This document shows, in pieces, positions 1 to 7,983 of a stretch of 64,000 bases of DNA. The stretch is from an uncultured Oscillospiraceae bacterium. GTDB lineage: Bacteria > Bacillota > Clostridia > Oscillospirales > Oscillospiraceae. The stretch lies in NCBI GenBank assembly GCA_910587645.1, contig CAJUNA010000024.1, positions 25,381-89,380 on the forward strand, given 5' to 3'. The notes below the pieces were generated by a model, which was not told where the DNA came from, did not search any database, and saw only the letters and a program-made list of their open reading frames with translations. A program made the translations under genes and the position numbers. Numbering within the stretch: position 1 is the first letter of the stretch; every line of letters begins with the position of its first letter.

Positions 1-20
1 TCATATCGTTTTTCTCCTTT
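1..20 (-). promoter_or_regulatory. Shine-Dalgarno plus ATG of a leftward gene whose body lies outside the window
   Basis: Reverse complement of 1-30 reads GGAAAGGAGAAAAACGATATGA: AAGGAG, 9-nt spacer, ATG (complement of 2-4). Only the start codon is inside the window. Confidence 0.4.
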
Positions 21-218
21 CCGCGTATCACGGATGATTGCCGAGAGCTATTATACCCTATTTCGCCCGGTTTGGCAACTGTCCACCGTGGCGCGGAGGA
101 GAAAACTTTGGGAAGACCTGCCAGCCGGTCCTGGAAAAGATTCCGCAGGGACTGCATAAATCTCACTCCAACGGGAAACAATGGAAGCATCTTATGAAAC
201 AGAGAGGAGAGACTCCCC

Positions 219-485
219 TTGGTAAAAGGTACTTCCCGCCGGGTGATCGTAGTAGATTCCCCGGATCCCAAGCTCTTTGAACAGGCTATTTTTATTGTAA
301 AAAACGATGCTTTCTCCCAGGAGGGCGTTACCTCCCAGCAGGTCTTAGGAGAGGCATGCCGCATTGCCCGGAGCTGCGCCGCACCCCAGACCTTGCAGCC
401 TCCCGTTTGGCGGAGGGTCCCTCTCTGGGGCTGGATCGCCGGAGCCGCCGCCATAGCGGCGGCAGTCATGGCGGCCGTGCTGTAG
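219..485 (+). CDS. Small conserved-looking hypothetical protein with a C-terminal hydrophobic helix
   Basis: TTG start about 9 nt after GGAGA. 88 aa with a soluble N-terminal part (RRVIVVDSPDPKLFEQAIFIV) and a C-terminal helix (WGWIAGAAAIAAAVMAAVL). Family not recognised. Confidence 0.5.
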   Translation: MVKGTSRRVIVVDSPDPKLFEQAIFIVKNDAFSQEGVTSQQVLGEACRIARSCAAPQTLQPPVWRRVPLWGWIAGAAAIAAAVMAAVL

Positions 486-585
486 GACGGAAACCCCGCT
501 GTCTCCAGACGGTCAAAAATTACGGCGCAGGCGGCGCATGGTTCCATACCATGCGCCGCCTGCTTAAACATAGGGCGCCCGGAAA

Positions 586-1800
586 TTATTTCTTCCCCAG
601 CCCGGCGGTTTCCTTCATCGCCACAGAGCAGGCCAGATCCCCCAGCACATTGCAGCAGGTTGCGCCCATGTCGCACAGCGTATTGACGCTGATATACACC
701 CCCATGACCCCGGTGGGCAGGCCCGCAATGGCCGCCAGCGCGGCAAAGGAAGCGATGGCGCCCCCTGGAACCCCTGGTGTGCCGATGCTCAGCAGGGTAT
801 TGCTCAGTAGCACCACCGCCAGCAGGCCGAAACTGACCTCCACGCCGCAGGCGTTAGCGAAGAACACGATCATAAACGACATGAGAATCGACACTGCGTC
901 CATGTTAATAGTAGCCCCCAGAGGCAATGCCAGGGAAGATACCTCATTAGGGACACCCATCTCATCGGCGCACCGCTTACTGATGGGCAGCGTTGCGGAG
1001 CTGGAGCAGGTACCGAAGGCGTTGAGGGCCGCGGGCATGGCCTTGGAGAAAAACGCCCCCACGCCGTATTTGCCCAGCAGCTTCACAATGCCGCCGTAGA
1101 CTACCACCGCATATAGGAAGAAGGTCAAGTACAGCGCCATGAGAACCGTCCCCAGAGCGAGGATAGTCTCCGTCCCGTTGGCGTACACAACAGACGCAAT
1201 GGAGCAGAATACACCCACCGGCGTGAACAGCATCACCACCGAGACGATTTTTACCGAGATCTCATTGACGGAGCAAGCCAGCGCCACAAACGCGTCCGCC
1301 TTTTCCCCCAAGGCAAGACAGGTGATCCCCACGATCACCGCAAATACCAGCACTTGCAGCATATCCCCATTGGCAAAGGACGCCACGGGGTTGGCGGGGA
1401 TCAGGTTTTTAACCGTATCCAGCAGGCTGGTAAACTGGGTGGCTGTCACACCGGCCTCCGCCATCTCGATAACCACACCCCGGCCAAGTCCCAGCGCCTT
1501 AGGCAGGAACAGCCCCAGCAGGCTGGCAAGCAGGGTGGTGGCGGTATAGTAAATCACCGACTGCGCACCGATGCGGCCGGTAGCGGACACGCTCCCGATG
1601 CCGTGGATGCCCACCACCAGGGAGCAAAACACCAGCGGATAAATCATCATCCGCAGCGCGTTCATATACAAGCCACCGGCCAGGCTGATGACGGGCAGCA
1701 GGAACTCCAGACGCCCTGGCATCGCAAGCCCCAGGGCAATGCCGAGCAACAATCCAATAAAGATCGCCAAGGTCAGATGGGTGGATTTTTTGTTTTTCAT
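586..1800 (-). CDS. Dicarboxylate/amino acid:cation symporter (DAACS, GltP/SstT-like)
   Basis: 404 aa polytopic membrane protein with family motifs SSSATLP and GATINMDA. SD AAAGGAG lies upstream of the ATG. Confidence 0.9.
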   Translation of the reverse strand: MKNKKSTHLTLAIFIGLLLGIALGLAMPGRLEFLLPVISLAGGLYMNALRMMIYPLVFCSLVVGIHGIGSVSATGRIGAQSVIYYTATTLLASLLGLFLPKALGLGRGVVIEMAEAGVTATQFTSLLDTVKNLIPANPVASFANGDMLQVLVFAVIVGITCLALGEKADAFVALACSVNEISVKIVSVVMLFTPVGVFCSIASVVYANGTETILALGTVLMALYLTFFLYAVVVYGGIVKLLGKYGVGAFFSKAMPAALNAFGTCSSSATLPISKRCADEMGVPNEVSSLALPLGATINMDAVSILMSFMIVFFANACGVEVSFGLLAVVLLSNTLLSIGTPGVPGGAIASFAALAAIAGLPTGVMGVYISVNTLCDMGATCCNVLGDLACSVAMKETAGLGKK

Positions 1801-1852
1801 GGGAAAGCATCTCCTTTACACAAAACATACCTAGGATTGGCGGCAATATAAA

Positions 1853-2125
1853 AACGCCCGCCTTCTGCCAAAACAGAAGACGAGCGCAGCGCCCGTGGTA
1901 CCACTTCTATTCACCCCGGCGCACAAAACGCCGGAGCCTCAACAGGCATCCAACAATGCCCTCCGCTGTAACGGGCGGACCCGTTGCGCCCTTACGCAGA
2001 CCGTTTGGACGCACCTCTCCGGAGCCATGTTCGCCTGCCGCCGGCTTATTCCCTTTCAGCATCCGGGAACTCTCTGTGAAGCAGAGGGCAGGGTACTCTT
2101 TCCTTCATTGGGTTTCAAAAAATAT
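1853..2125 (-). promoter_or_regulatory. T-box leader (tRNA-sensing riboswitch) with intrinsic terminator, controlling the DAACS symporter
   Basis: The minus strand shows AGAGUA (specifier-loop 5' side), the distal-loop motif GCUGAAAG, F-box CCGUUA, and the T-box sequence AAUAGAAGUGGUACCACG. These are followed by a hairpin CGCUCGUCUUCUG..CAGAAGGCGGGCG and a UUUUU run. Confidence 0.85.
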
Positions 2126-2133
2126 GTATATTT

Positions 2134-2162
2134 ATTATATTCGATGGATTTCCGCCTGTCAA
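2134..2162 (-). promoter_or_regulatory. Sigma-A type promoter for the T-box leader
   Basis: Minus strand reads TTGACA, 17 nt, TATAAT (perfect consensus). Confidence 0.65.
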
Positions 2163-2326
2163 TGGGAAAAACCACATGTTCACCGGTTTTGATGTCAGGA
2201 TTTTTTGTGAAAACCGGCAAAAAACGATTTCCCCGCCCTGCGGGAAACAGGTAGACTTTTTCCGCCCGGTGCGCTATACTGGGAATAACGCAACCGGAAA
2301 TCCTTATCTGTGCAGGAGGTTCCCCT

Positions 2327-3238
2327 ATGTCTTGGTTCGACCGTTTTGACGCCCTGGTGGCGGTCCGCTTTCCCCATATGGAAATCCTTCGGGAGGAACC
2401 GATGGAACGCCACACCACCTTCCGGACAGGCGGGCCTGCCCGCCGCTTCGCCCGGCCCGCTTCGGCGGAGGAATGTGCCGCGCTGCTGGAACTGGCGGCG
2501 GAGGAAGCGTGGCCGGTTTTGCTGCTGGGAAATGGCTCCAATCTGCTGGTGTCCGATGCCGGTGTGGACACCCTGGCCATTCATACCGGGCTGCTGGACA
2601 AGGCGGCGCGCACCGGCCAGCGGACTATCCGGGCTGGCGCGGGGCTGCGCCTGTCCAAGCTGGCGGTATTCGCCCAACGGGAGGGGCTGAGCGGCCTGGA
2701 GTTCGCCCATGGCATCCCCGGCAGCCTGGGGGGCGGGGTATGTATGAATGCCGGAGCCTACGGCGGGGAGATGAAGCAGGTTTTGACAGCCGTTTCCGCC
2801 TGGCTTCCCGGGCAGGGCGTAAAGTGGATCGCGGCGGAGAAGCTGGAGCTGCGCTACCGCCACAGTCTCTTCAGCAGCGCCCCAGGCGCGGTGCTGGAAG
2901 CGGAGTTTCTCCTCACCCCTGGGGATGGCGGGGAGATTCAAGCCCTCATGGACAGCCTGAGCCGCCGCCGCCGGGAGAAACAGCCTTTGGAATATCCCAG
3001 CGCCGGCAGCACCTTCAAACGGCCTGAGGGACATTTTGCGGGCGGGCTGATCGAGCAGTGTGGGCTGAAGGGCTTCCGCATAGGTGGCGCCCAGGTGTCG
3101 GAGAAGCACGCCGGATTTGTCATCAATGCCGGAGGCGCCTCCAGCACCGACATCCTGGCCCTGATTGCCCACATTCAAGAGGCTGTTTTCCAGCAAACCG
3201 GTGTGCGCCTAGAGCCGGAAGTCCGCATTGTCCCATAA
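2327..3238 (+). CDS. murB: UDP-N-acetylenolpyruvoylglucosamine reductase
   Basis: 303 aa with an FAD-binding PCMH-type N-terminus (HTTFRTGGPA, GNGSNLLVSD) and MurB C-terminal motifs (SAGSTFKRP, GGAQVSEKHAGF). Confidence 0.93.
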   Translation: MSWFDRFDALVAVRFPHMEILREEPMERHTTFRTGGPARRFARPASAEECAALLELAAEEAWPVLLLGNGSNLLVSDAGVDTLAIHTGLLDKAARTGQRTIRAGAGLRLSKLAVFAQREGLSGLEFAHGIPGSLGGGVCMNAGAYGGEMKQVLTAVSAWLPGQGVKWIAAEKLELRYRHSLFSSAPGAVLEAEFLLTPGDGGEIQALMDSLSRRRREKQPLEYPSAGSTFKRPEGHFAGGLIEQCGLKGFRIGGAQVSEKHAGFVINAGGASSTDILALIAHIQEAVFQQTGVRLEPEVRIVP

Positions 3239-3269
3239 GACCGGCTTCATGAAAAGGGAGAGAGAAATT

Positions 3270-4130
3270 ATGGAAATCCTGATTATATCCGGCCTGTCCG
3301 GAGGCGGCAAGAGCAAGGCGGCCTCCTTCCTGGAGGACGCCGGCTTCTACATCGTCGATAACATGCCTGCGGGGATGATCTTGAAATTCGCGGAGTTCTG
3401 TGCCGCCGGAAGCAGCCGCTACCAACGGGCGGCGCTGGTCTACGATGTGCGTACCGCGGACACCTTCGATGAGTTTTTAGAGGTTCTAAACACCCTGCGC
3501 CAGCGGGAATGCGATTGCAGGCTGCTATATCTGGAAGCGGACGTGGAAACTATCATCAAGCGATATAAGGAGACCCGCCGCATCCATCCCCTCCAGGAGG
3601 TGGCCGGTTCTTTGGAGACGGCGGTTAACCAGGAAATCGCCCTGATGGCACCGGTCCGCGCCCAGGCGGACATCGTCATTGACTCCACCCGCTATTCCAC
3701 GGCCCGCCTGCGGGGCGAGCTGCTGAGGCTATTCAGCGGCGGGCAGCAGGGCGGGGAGATGCAGGTGAGCCTGGTCTCCTTCGGGTTCAAGCACGGCCTG
3801 CCGCTGGAGGCGGATCTGGTCTTTGATGTCCGGTTCATGCCCAACCCTTTTTACATTGATTCCCTGCGGGGCAAGACCGGCCTGGATCAGGAGGTTCGGG
3901 ATTACGTGTTTTCTTTCCGGGAAACGGAGCAGTTTGTGGAGAAGCTGCGGGATCTCCTCCGCTTCGTCCTGCCGCTATACCGGGAGGAGGGCAAGACGGT
4001 GCTGGTAGCGGCTATTGGCTGTACCGGCGGCCACCACCGCTCGGTGGCGGTGACCCACGCACTGTCGGAATATGTACGCACCCTGGGATATCATGTCACG
4101 GAAAACCACCGCGATATGACGAGAATATAA
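3270..4130 (+). CDS. rapZ: RNase adapter protein RapZ (YvcJ)
   Basis: Walker A GLSGGGKS near the N-terminus and the conserved C-terminal CTGGHHRSV. Start moved to ATG 3270 (MEILIISG), preceded by GGGAGAGAG. Confidence 0.9.
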   Translation: MEILIISGLSGGGKSKAASFLEDAGFYIVDNMPAGMILKFAEFCAAGSSRYQRAALVYDVRTADTFDEFLEVLNTLRQRECDCRLLYLEADVETIIKRYKETRRIHPLQEVAGSLETAVNQEIALMAPVRAQADIVIDSTRYSTARLRGELLRLFSGGQQGGEMQVSLVSFGFKHGLPLEADLVFDVRFMPNPFYIDSLRGKTGLDQEVRDYVFSFRETEQFVEKLRDLLRFVLPLYREEGKTVLVAAIGCTGGHHRSVAVTHALSEYVRTLGYHVTENHRDMTRI

Positions 4131-4211
4131 GAACCTGTATTCGTAGGCGTGGGATGCCAGATGGGCAAAAGATCCGGCCAGATGGCGTCAAACGCCTATG
4201 AATACAGGTTC
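4131..4211. mobile_element. MITE-like hairpin element, type-1 termini, minimal form (copy A)
   Basis: 20-nt terminal inverted repeats GAACCTGTATTCGTAGGCGT / ACGCCTATGAATACAGGTTC with 1 mismatch. Flanked by TAA (4128-4130, the rapZ stop) and TAA (4212-4214). The same termini occur at 35330-35491. Confidence 0.6.
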
Positions 4212-4231
4212 TAAAAGATGATGGTGATAAA

Positions 4232-5272
4232 ATGTCTATGAACGAACAACAACGCTACTGCGGCCCCAGCGGAAAAGGGCCGAAAATTGTGGCTATCGGC
4301 GGCGGCACGGGACTGTCCACCATGCTGCGCGGCCTAAAGCGGCACACGAACAACCTGACGGCCATCGTCACGGTGGCCGATGATGGCGGCGGCTCCGGGG
4401 TACTGCGCCAGGAGCTGGGGATGCCGCCGCCCGGCGATGTGCGCAACTGTCTGGAAGCCCTGGCCAATGTGGAACCACTTATGGCGGAACTGCTCCATTA
4501 CCGCTTTACGGAAGGCTCGTTAAAAGGGCAGAGCTTCGGTAACCTTTTTCTGGCTGCGCTCAACGGCATTTCCGGCAGCTTTGACCAGGCGGTTAGCCGC
4601 ATGGGGCAGGTCCTGGCCATCACCGGCCGGGTCATTCCGGTCACCACCAGCAATGTGCAGTTGGAAGCGGAATTTGAAAACGGCGTAAAGGTGCTGGGGG
4701 AATCTAAGATCTTCTTCTGCAAAAAGCGGGAGGACTGCCGCATCCGCCGGGTGCGGCTGCTGCCGGAACGTCCACCGGCCTTGGAAGCGGCTCTGGAAGC
4801 TATCCGGGAAGCGGACATGATCCTCCTGGGACCGGGCAGCCTCTATACCAGCATCATTCCCAACCTCCTGGTGGATGGCGTTGCCGGTGCCATCGCGGCG
4901 TCCAGCGCCATAAAGATCTATATTGCTAACGTCATGACCCAGGAAGGAGAGACAGAGGGCTACACCAACGCCGACCACATCCGCGCCCTGTTCCAGCACT
5001 CCTGCCCAAACCTGTTCCGTCTGTGCCTGGTCAACTCCTCCGCCATCCCCCAGGAAGTCCTGGACCGCTACGCCCAGGAGGGCGCGGAGCAGCTCCGCTT
5101 TGATAAGGCCAAATGCGGGGCGCTGGGAGTTGAACTGGTCAGCCGCCCAGTTTCGGCGGTGCGGGACGGTTATGTGCGCCATGACAGCGAGCTGCTGGCT
5201 GCCGCCCTGCTGGAGCTTCACGCCCAGCGCAGCGTCCGCATTGCGGGTCTCGGGCGGTACCGGTCGGAGTAA
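4232..5272 (+). CDS. yvcK: Gluconeogenesis factor YvcK (CofD-like, UPF0052)
   Basis: 346 aa with N-terminal KIVAIGGGTGLSTMLRGLK and the motif GPGSLYTSIIPNLLV. Confidence 0.92.
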   Translation: MSMNEQQRYCGPSGKGPKIVAIGGGTGLSTMLRGLKRHTNNLTAIVTVADDGGGSGVLRQELGMPPPGDVRNCLEALANVEPLMAELLHYRFTEGSLKGQSFGNLFLAALNGISGSFDQAVSRMGQVLAITGRVIPVTTSNVQLEAEFENGVKVLGESKIFFCKKREDCRIRRVRLLPERPPALEAALEAIREADMILLGPGSLYTSIIPNLLVDGVAGAIAASSAIKIYIANVMTQEGETEGYTNADHIRALFQHSCPNLFRLCLVNSSAIPQEVLDRYAQEGAEQLRFDKAKCGALGVELVSRPVSAVRDGYVRHDSELLAAALLELHAQRSVRIAGLGRYRSE

Positions 5273-5529
5273 ACGTCTGGCGGTTAAGGAGGTATGCCCG
5301 GAATATGAGCTCCATCATGCTGTTTGCGCCCAGCCCCCCCCCATGGAAGAAGCCGCGTTTCCGCCGGACTTCACAATTCATATGGACATCCATATTGGAG
5401 TGGGTATACACCCCTGGAAGGGCGGAACGGCTGCTGGAATACATACGGGGACAGTTGGCGCCCAGGGATGAAATAGAATTTTGGCGTATCTGGCAGGATA
5501 TGGATTTCGGCCATAGGGTTTTGTCTCAC

Positions 5530-5558
5530 TTGACAAAACATATTGTAAATGCTACACT
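5530..5558 (+). promoter_or_regulatory. Sigma-A type promoter upstream of the cysteine desulfidase-like gene
   Basis: TTGACA (5530-5535), 17 nt, TACACT (5553-5558). Confidence 0.55.
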
Positions 5559-5598
5559 TTCTATGGGCTATTTCGCCAAAAAAGAGAGGAGAGCCAAC

Positions 5599-6891
5599 AT
5601 GGAAAAAACTGATCCCCGCTACCCCCATTTTGTCCAAATCCTCCGGGAAGAGCTTGTCCCCGCCATGGGCTGCACGGAGCCGATCGCCATTGCCTATGGC
5701 GCGGCCAAGGCACGGGAGGTTCTGGGATGCCTGCCGGATCGTATCCTGGTGGAAGCCAGCGGCAATATCATCAAAAACGTGAAAAGCGTGGTGGTTCCCA
5801 ATACCGGCGGGCTTAAGGGCATCGAAGCCGCGGCGGCGGCAGGTGCCGTAGCCGGCGATGCTGGGAAGATCCTGGAGGTCATTTCCGCCGTCACAGATGA
5901 ACAGAAGGTGGAAATCCGGAACTATCTTTCCGGTCATGAGATTAAGGTGAAGCCAGCGGCGGGGGAAGTCATTTTTGATATTATCCTCACCTTATGGGCG
6001 GGGGAGGACTGTGTCCGGCTTCGGATTGCGGACTACCATACCAATATCGTCCTCATTGAGAAAAACGGGGAAGCGTTGCTCAAATGCGGTACGGTGGTAG
6101 CTTCCGGCGGCGCAGCCAGCGGCCTGACAGACCGGAGCTGCCTGACGGTGGACGCGATTGTGGACTTTGTGGATACCATGGACGTGGAGGATGTCCGGCC
6201 CATGGTGGAGCGGCAGCTCGCGTATAACTGCGCCATCGCCGGGGAGGGGATGGCCCACGACTGGGGCGCCAATATCGGCAAGGTCCTGCGGGAATACTAC
6301 GGTGAGGACGTGAAGGTCCGGGCGCGGTATATGGCGGCAGCGGGATCCGATGCCCGCATGAGCGGCTGTGAGATGCCCGTCATCATTGTCTCTGGAAGCG
6401 GGAACCAGGGTATTACCGCCTCCGTCCCAGTGGCGGAGTATGCCAAGGAGCTGGGCGTGAGCCACGAGAAGCTGCTTCGCGCGGTAGCCCTCAGCGATTT
6501 GCTGACCATCCACATGAAAACGGGCATAGGCCGCTTAAGCGCCTATTGCGGGGCGGTCAGCGCAGGCTGCGCTGCCGGCGGCGCGATTGCCTACCTCCAC
6601 GGCGGAGGGCGGCGGGAGGTAGCCCATACGCTGGTCAACGCCCTAGCCACCATTTCCGGCATGATCTGCGATGGGGCCAAGCCCTCCTGCGCGGCGAAAA
6701 TTGCCGCCGCCGTGGACGCGGGCGTTTTGGGCTACCATATGTTCCGCAGCGGCCAGCAGTTCCGGGGCGGCGAAGGCATCGTCACCAAGGGCGTGGAAGA
6801 GACCATCGCCAACATCGGCCGTCTGGGCCGGGTAGGGATGCGGGAGACCGACAAGGTCATTATCCGGATCATGACCGGGGACGAGGACTGA
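5599..6891 (+). CDS. cyuA: UPF0597/YhaM-family protein (L-cysteine desulfidase-like, serine dehydratase alpha-type fold)
   Basis: 430 aa from ATG 5599, preceded by AGAGAGGAGAG. The N-terminal motif AMGCTEPIAIAYGAA is typical of YhaM/CyuA-like proteins. The track ORF begins at 5305, but the upstream 98 codons look non-native. Confidence 0.75.
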   Translation: MEKTDPRYPHFVQILREELVPAMGCTEPIAIAYGAAKAREVLGCLPDRILVEASGNIIKNVKSVVVPNTGGLKGIEAAAAAGAVAGDAGKILEVISAVTDEQKVEIRNYLSGHEIKVKPAAGEVIFDIILTLWAGEDCVRLRIADYHTNIVLIEKNGEALLKCGTVVASGGAASGLTDRSCLTVDAIVDFVDTMDVEDVRPMVERQLAYNCAIAGEGMAHDWGANIGKVLREYYGEDVKVRARYMAAAGSDARMSGCEMPVIIVSGSGNQGITASVPVAEYAKELGVSHEKLLRAVALSDLLTIHMKTGIGRLSAYCGAVSAGCAAGGAIAYLHGGGRREVAHTLVNALATISGMICDGAKPSCAAKIAAAVDAGVLGYHMFRSGQQFRGGEGIVTKGVEETIANIGRLGRVGMRETDKVIIRIMTGDED

Positions 6892-7043
6892 TCTGGGCGG
6901 CTGCTACCGTGAGACTGTTTTTATCCAGGGGATGGAGGAGTATGTACGCACCCCTCCATCCCCTGGCACCATGTATGCGGAAGCACTGTGTCTCCCGTTT
7001 TTGGGGACCTGTGTTTTTTCCGGCCAAATATTGCGGTACGCCA

Positions 7044-7072
7044 TTGACTGCGCTATCCCACTGTGCTAGAAT
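7044..7072 (+). promoter_or_regulatory. Sigma-A type promoter for nfnAB
   Basis: TTGACT, 17 nt, TAGAAT. Confidence 0.5.
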
Positions 7073-7139
7073 AAGAAATGTATGCGGATACCATACGCCC
7101 CAGAGGAGAAACCGAATCTAAGTGGAAAGAGGAAACACT

Positions 7140-7982
7140 ATGTATCGGATCGTAAAAAAACGGGTTTTAAACCCTACCGTCACGCTGATGGAAATCGAGG
7201 CCCCCGCCGTGGCGCGGAAGTGCGAGCCTGGCCAGTTCATCATCCTCCGGGTGGATGAGAACGGCGAGCGCATCCCCCTGACCATCGCGGCCTATGACCG
7301 CGAGGCCGGTACCGTCACCATTATTTTCCAGATTGTAGGCGCTACCACCGAAAAGCTCAACCACAAGGAGCAGGGCGAGTACATCCAGGACTTCGTTGGC
7401 CCCCTGGGCAAGGCCACTGAGACCGAAGGCCTCCACCGCGTGGCCGTCATCGGCGGCGGCGTGGGCACCGCTATCGCCTATCCCGTGGCTAAGAAGCTCC
7501 ATGACGATGGGTGCCATGTGGACCTGATCGTGGGCTTCCGTAACAAGGATCTCATTATCCTCAAGGAGGAGTTCGAGGCCGCCAGCACCAACCTTATCAT
7601 CGGTACCGATGACGGCTCCTACGGCAAAAAGGCCCTGGTCACCGACCTGCTCAAGGAGCAGATTGAAGCCGGCGTCAAGTATGACCGCGTCATTGCCATT
7701 GGCCCGGTCATCATGATGAAATTCGTCTGCCTGCTCACCAAGGAGTACAACATTCCTACCGTGGTCAGCATGAACCCCATCATGATCGACGGCACTGGTA
7801 TGTGCGGCGGCTGCCGGCTGAGCGTAGGCGGCGAGACGAAATTCGCCTGCGTGGACGGCCCCGAGTTCGATGGGCACCTGGTGGACTTTGACGAGTCCAT
7901 GGCCCGCGGCGCCATGTACCGGGACTTCGAGCTTCACGCAAGAGAGGAAACTTGCAATCTGTTCAAGCAGGAGGTAAAGTGA
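7140..7982 (+). CDS. nfnA: NfnA-type FAD/NAD-binding, [2Fe-2S] subunit (sulfide/dihydroorotate dehydrogenase-like)
   Basis: 280 aa from ATG 7140 (MYRIVKK). Ferredoxin-reductase-type fold motifs and a C-terminal Cys cluster (CGGCRLSVGGETKFACVDGPEF). Immediately followed by the GltD-like partner. Confidence 0.8.
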   Translation: MYRIVKKRVLNPTVTLMEIEAPAVARKCEPGQFIILRVDENGERIPLTIAAYDREAGTVTIIFQIVGATTEKLNHKEQGEYIQDFVGPLGKATETEGLHRVAVIGGGVGTAIAYPVAKKLHDDGCHVDLIVGFRNKDLIILKEEFEAASTNLIIGTDDGSYGKKALVTDLLKEQIEAGVKYDRVIAIGPVIMMKFVCLLTKEYNIPTVVSMNPIMIDGTGMCGGCRLSVGGETKFACVDGPEFDGHLVDFDESMARGAMYRDFELHAREETCNLFKQEVK

Positions 7983-7983
7983 T

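Noticed and set aside
2330-2346. GGTTCGA T-loop-like motif suggesting a tRNA (also GGTTCGCGTCC at 49606-49616)
   Set aside because: No acceptor, D or anticodon arms can be drawn around either motif. The first lies in the murB start region and the second in the pyr leader.
5305-5598. 98-codon N-terminal extension of the cysteine desulfidase-like gene
   Set aside because: The YhaM-like homology starts at Met 5599, which has its own strong SD and a consensus promoter inside the extension. The extension has poor SD spacing and matches nothing I recognise. It is kept only as part of the C9-tract observation.
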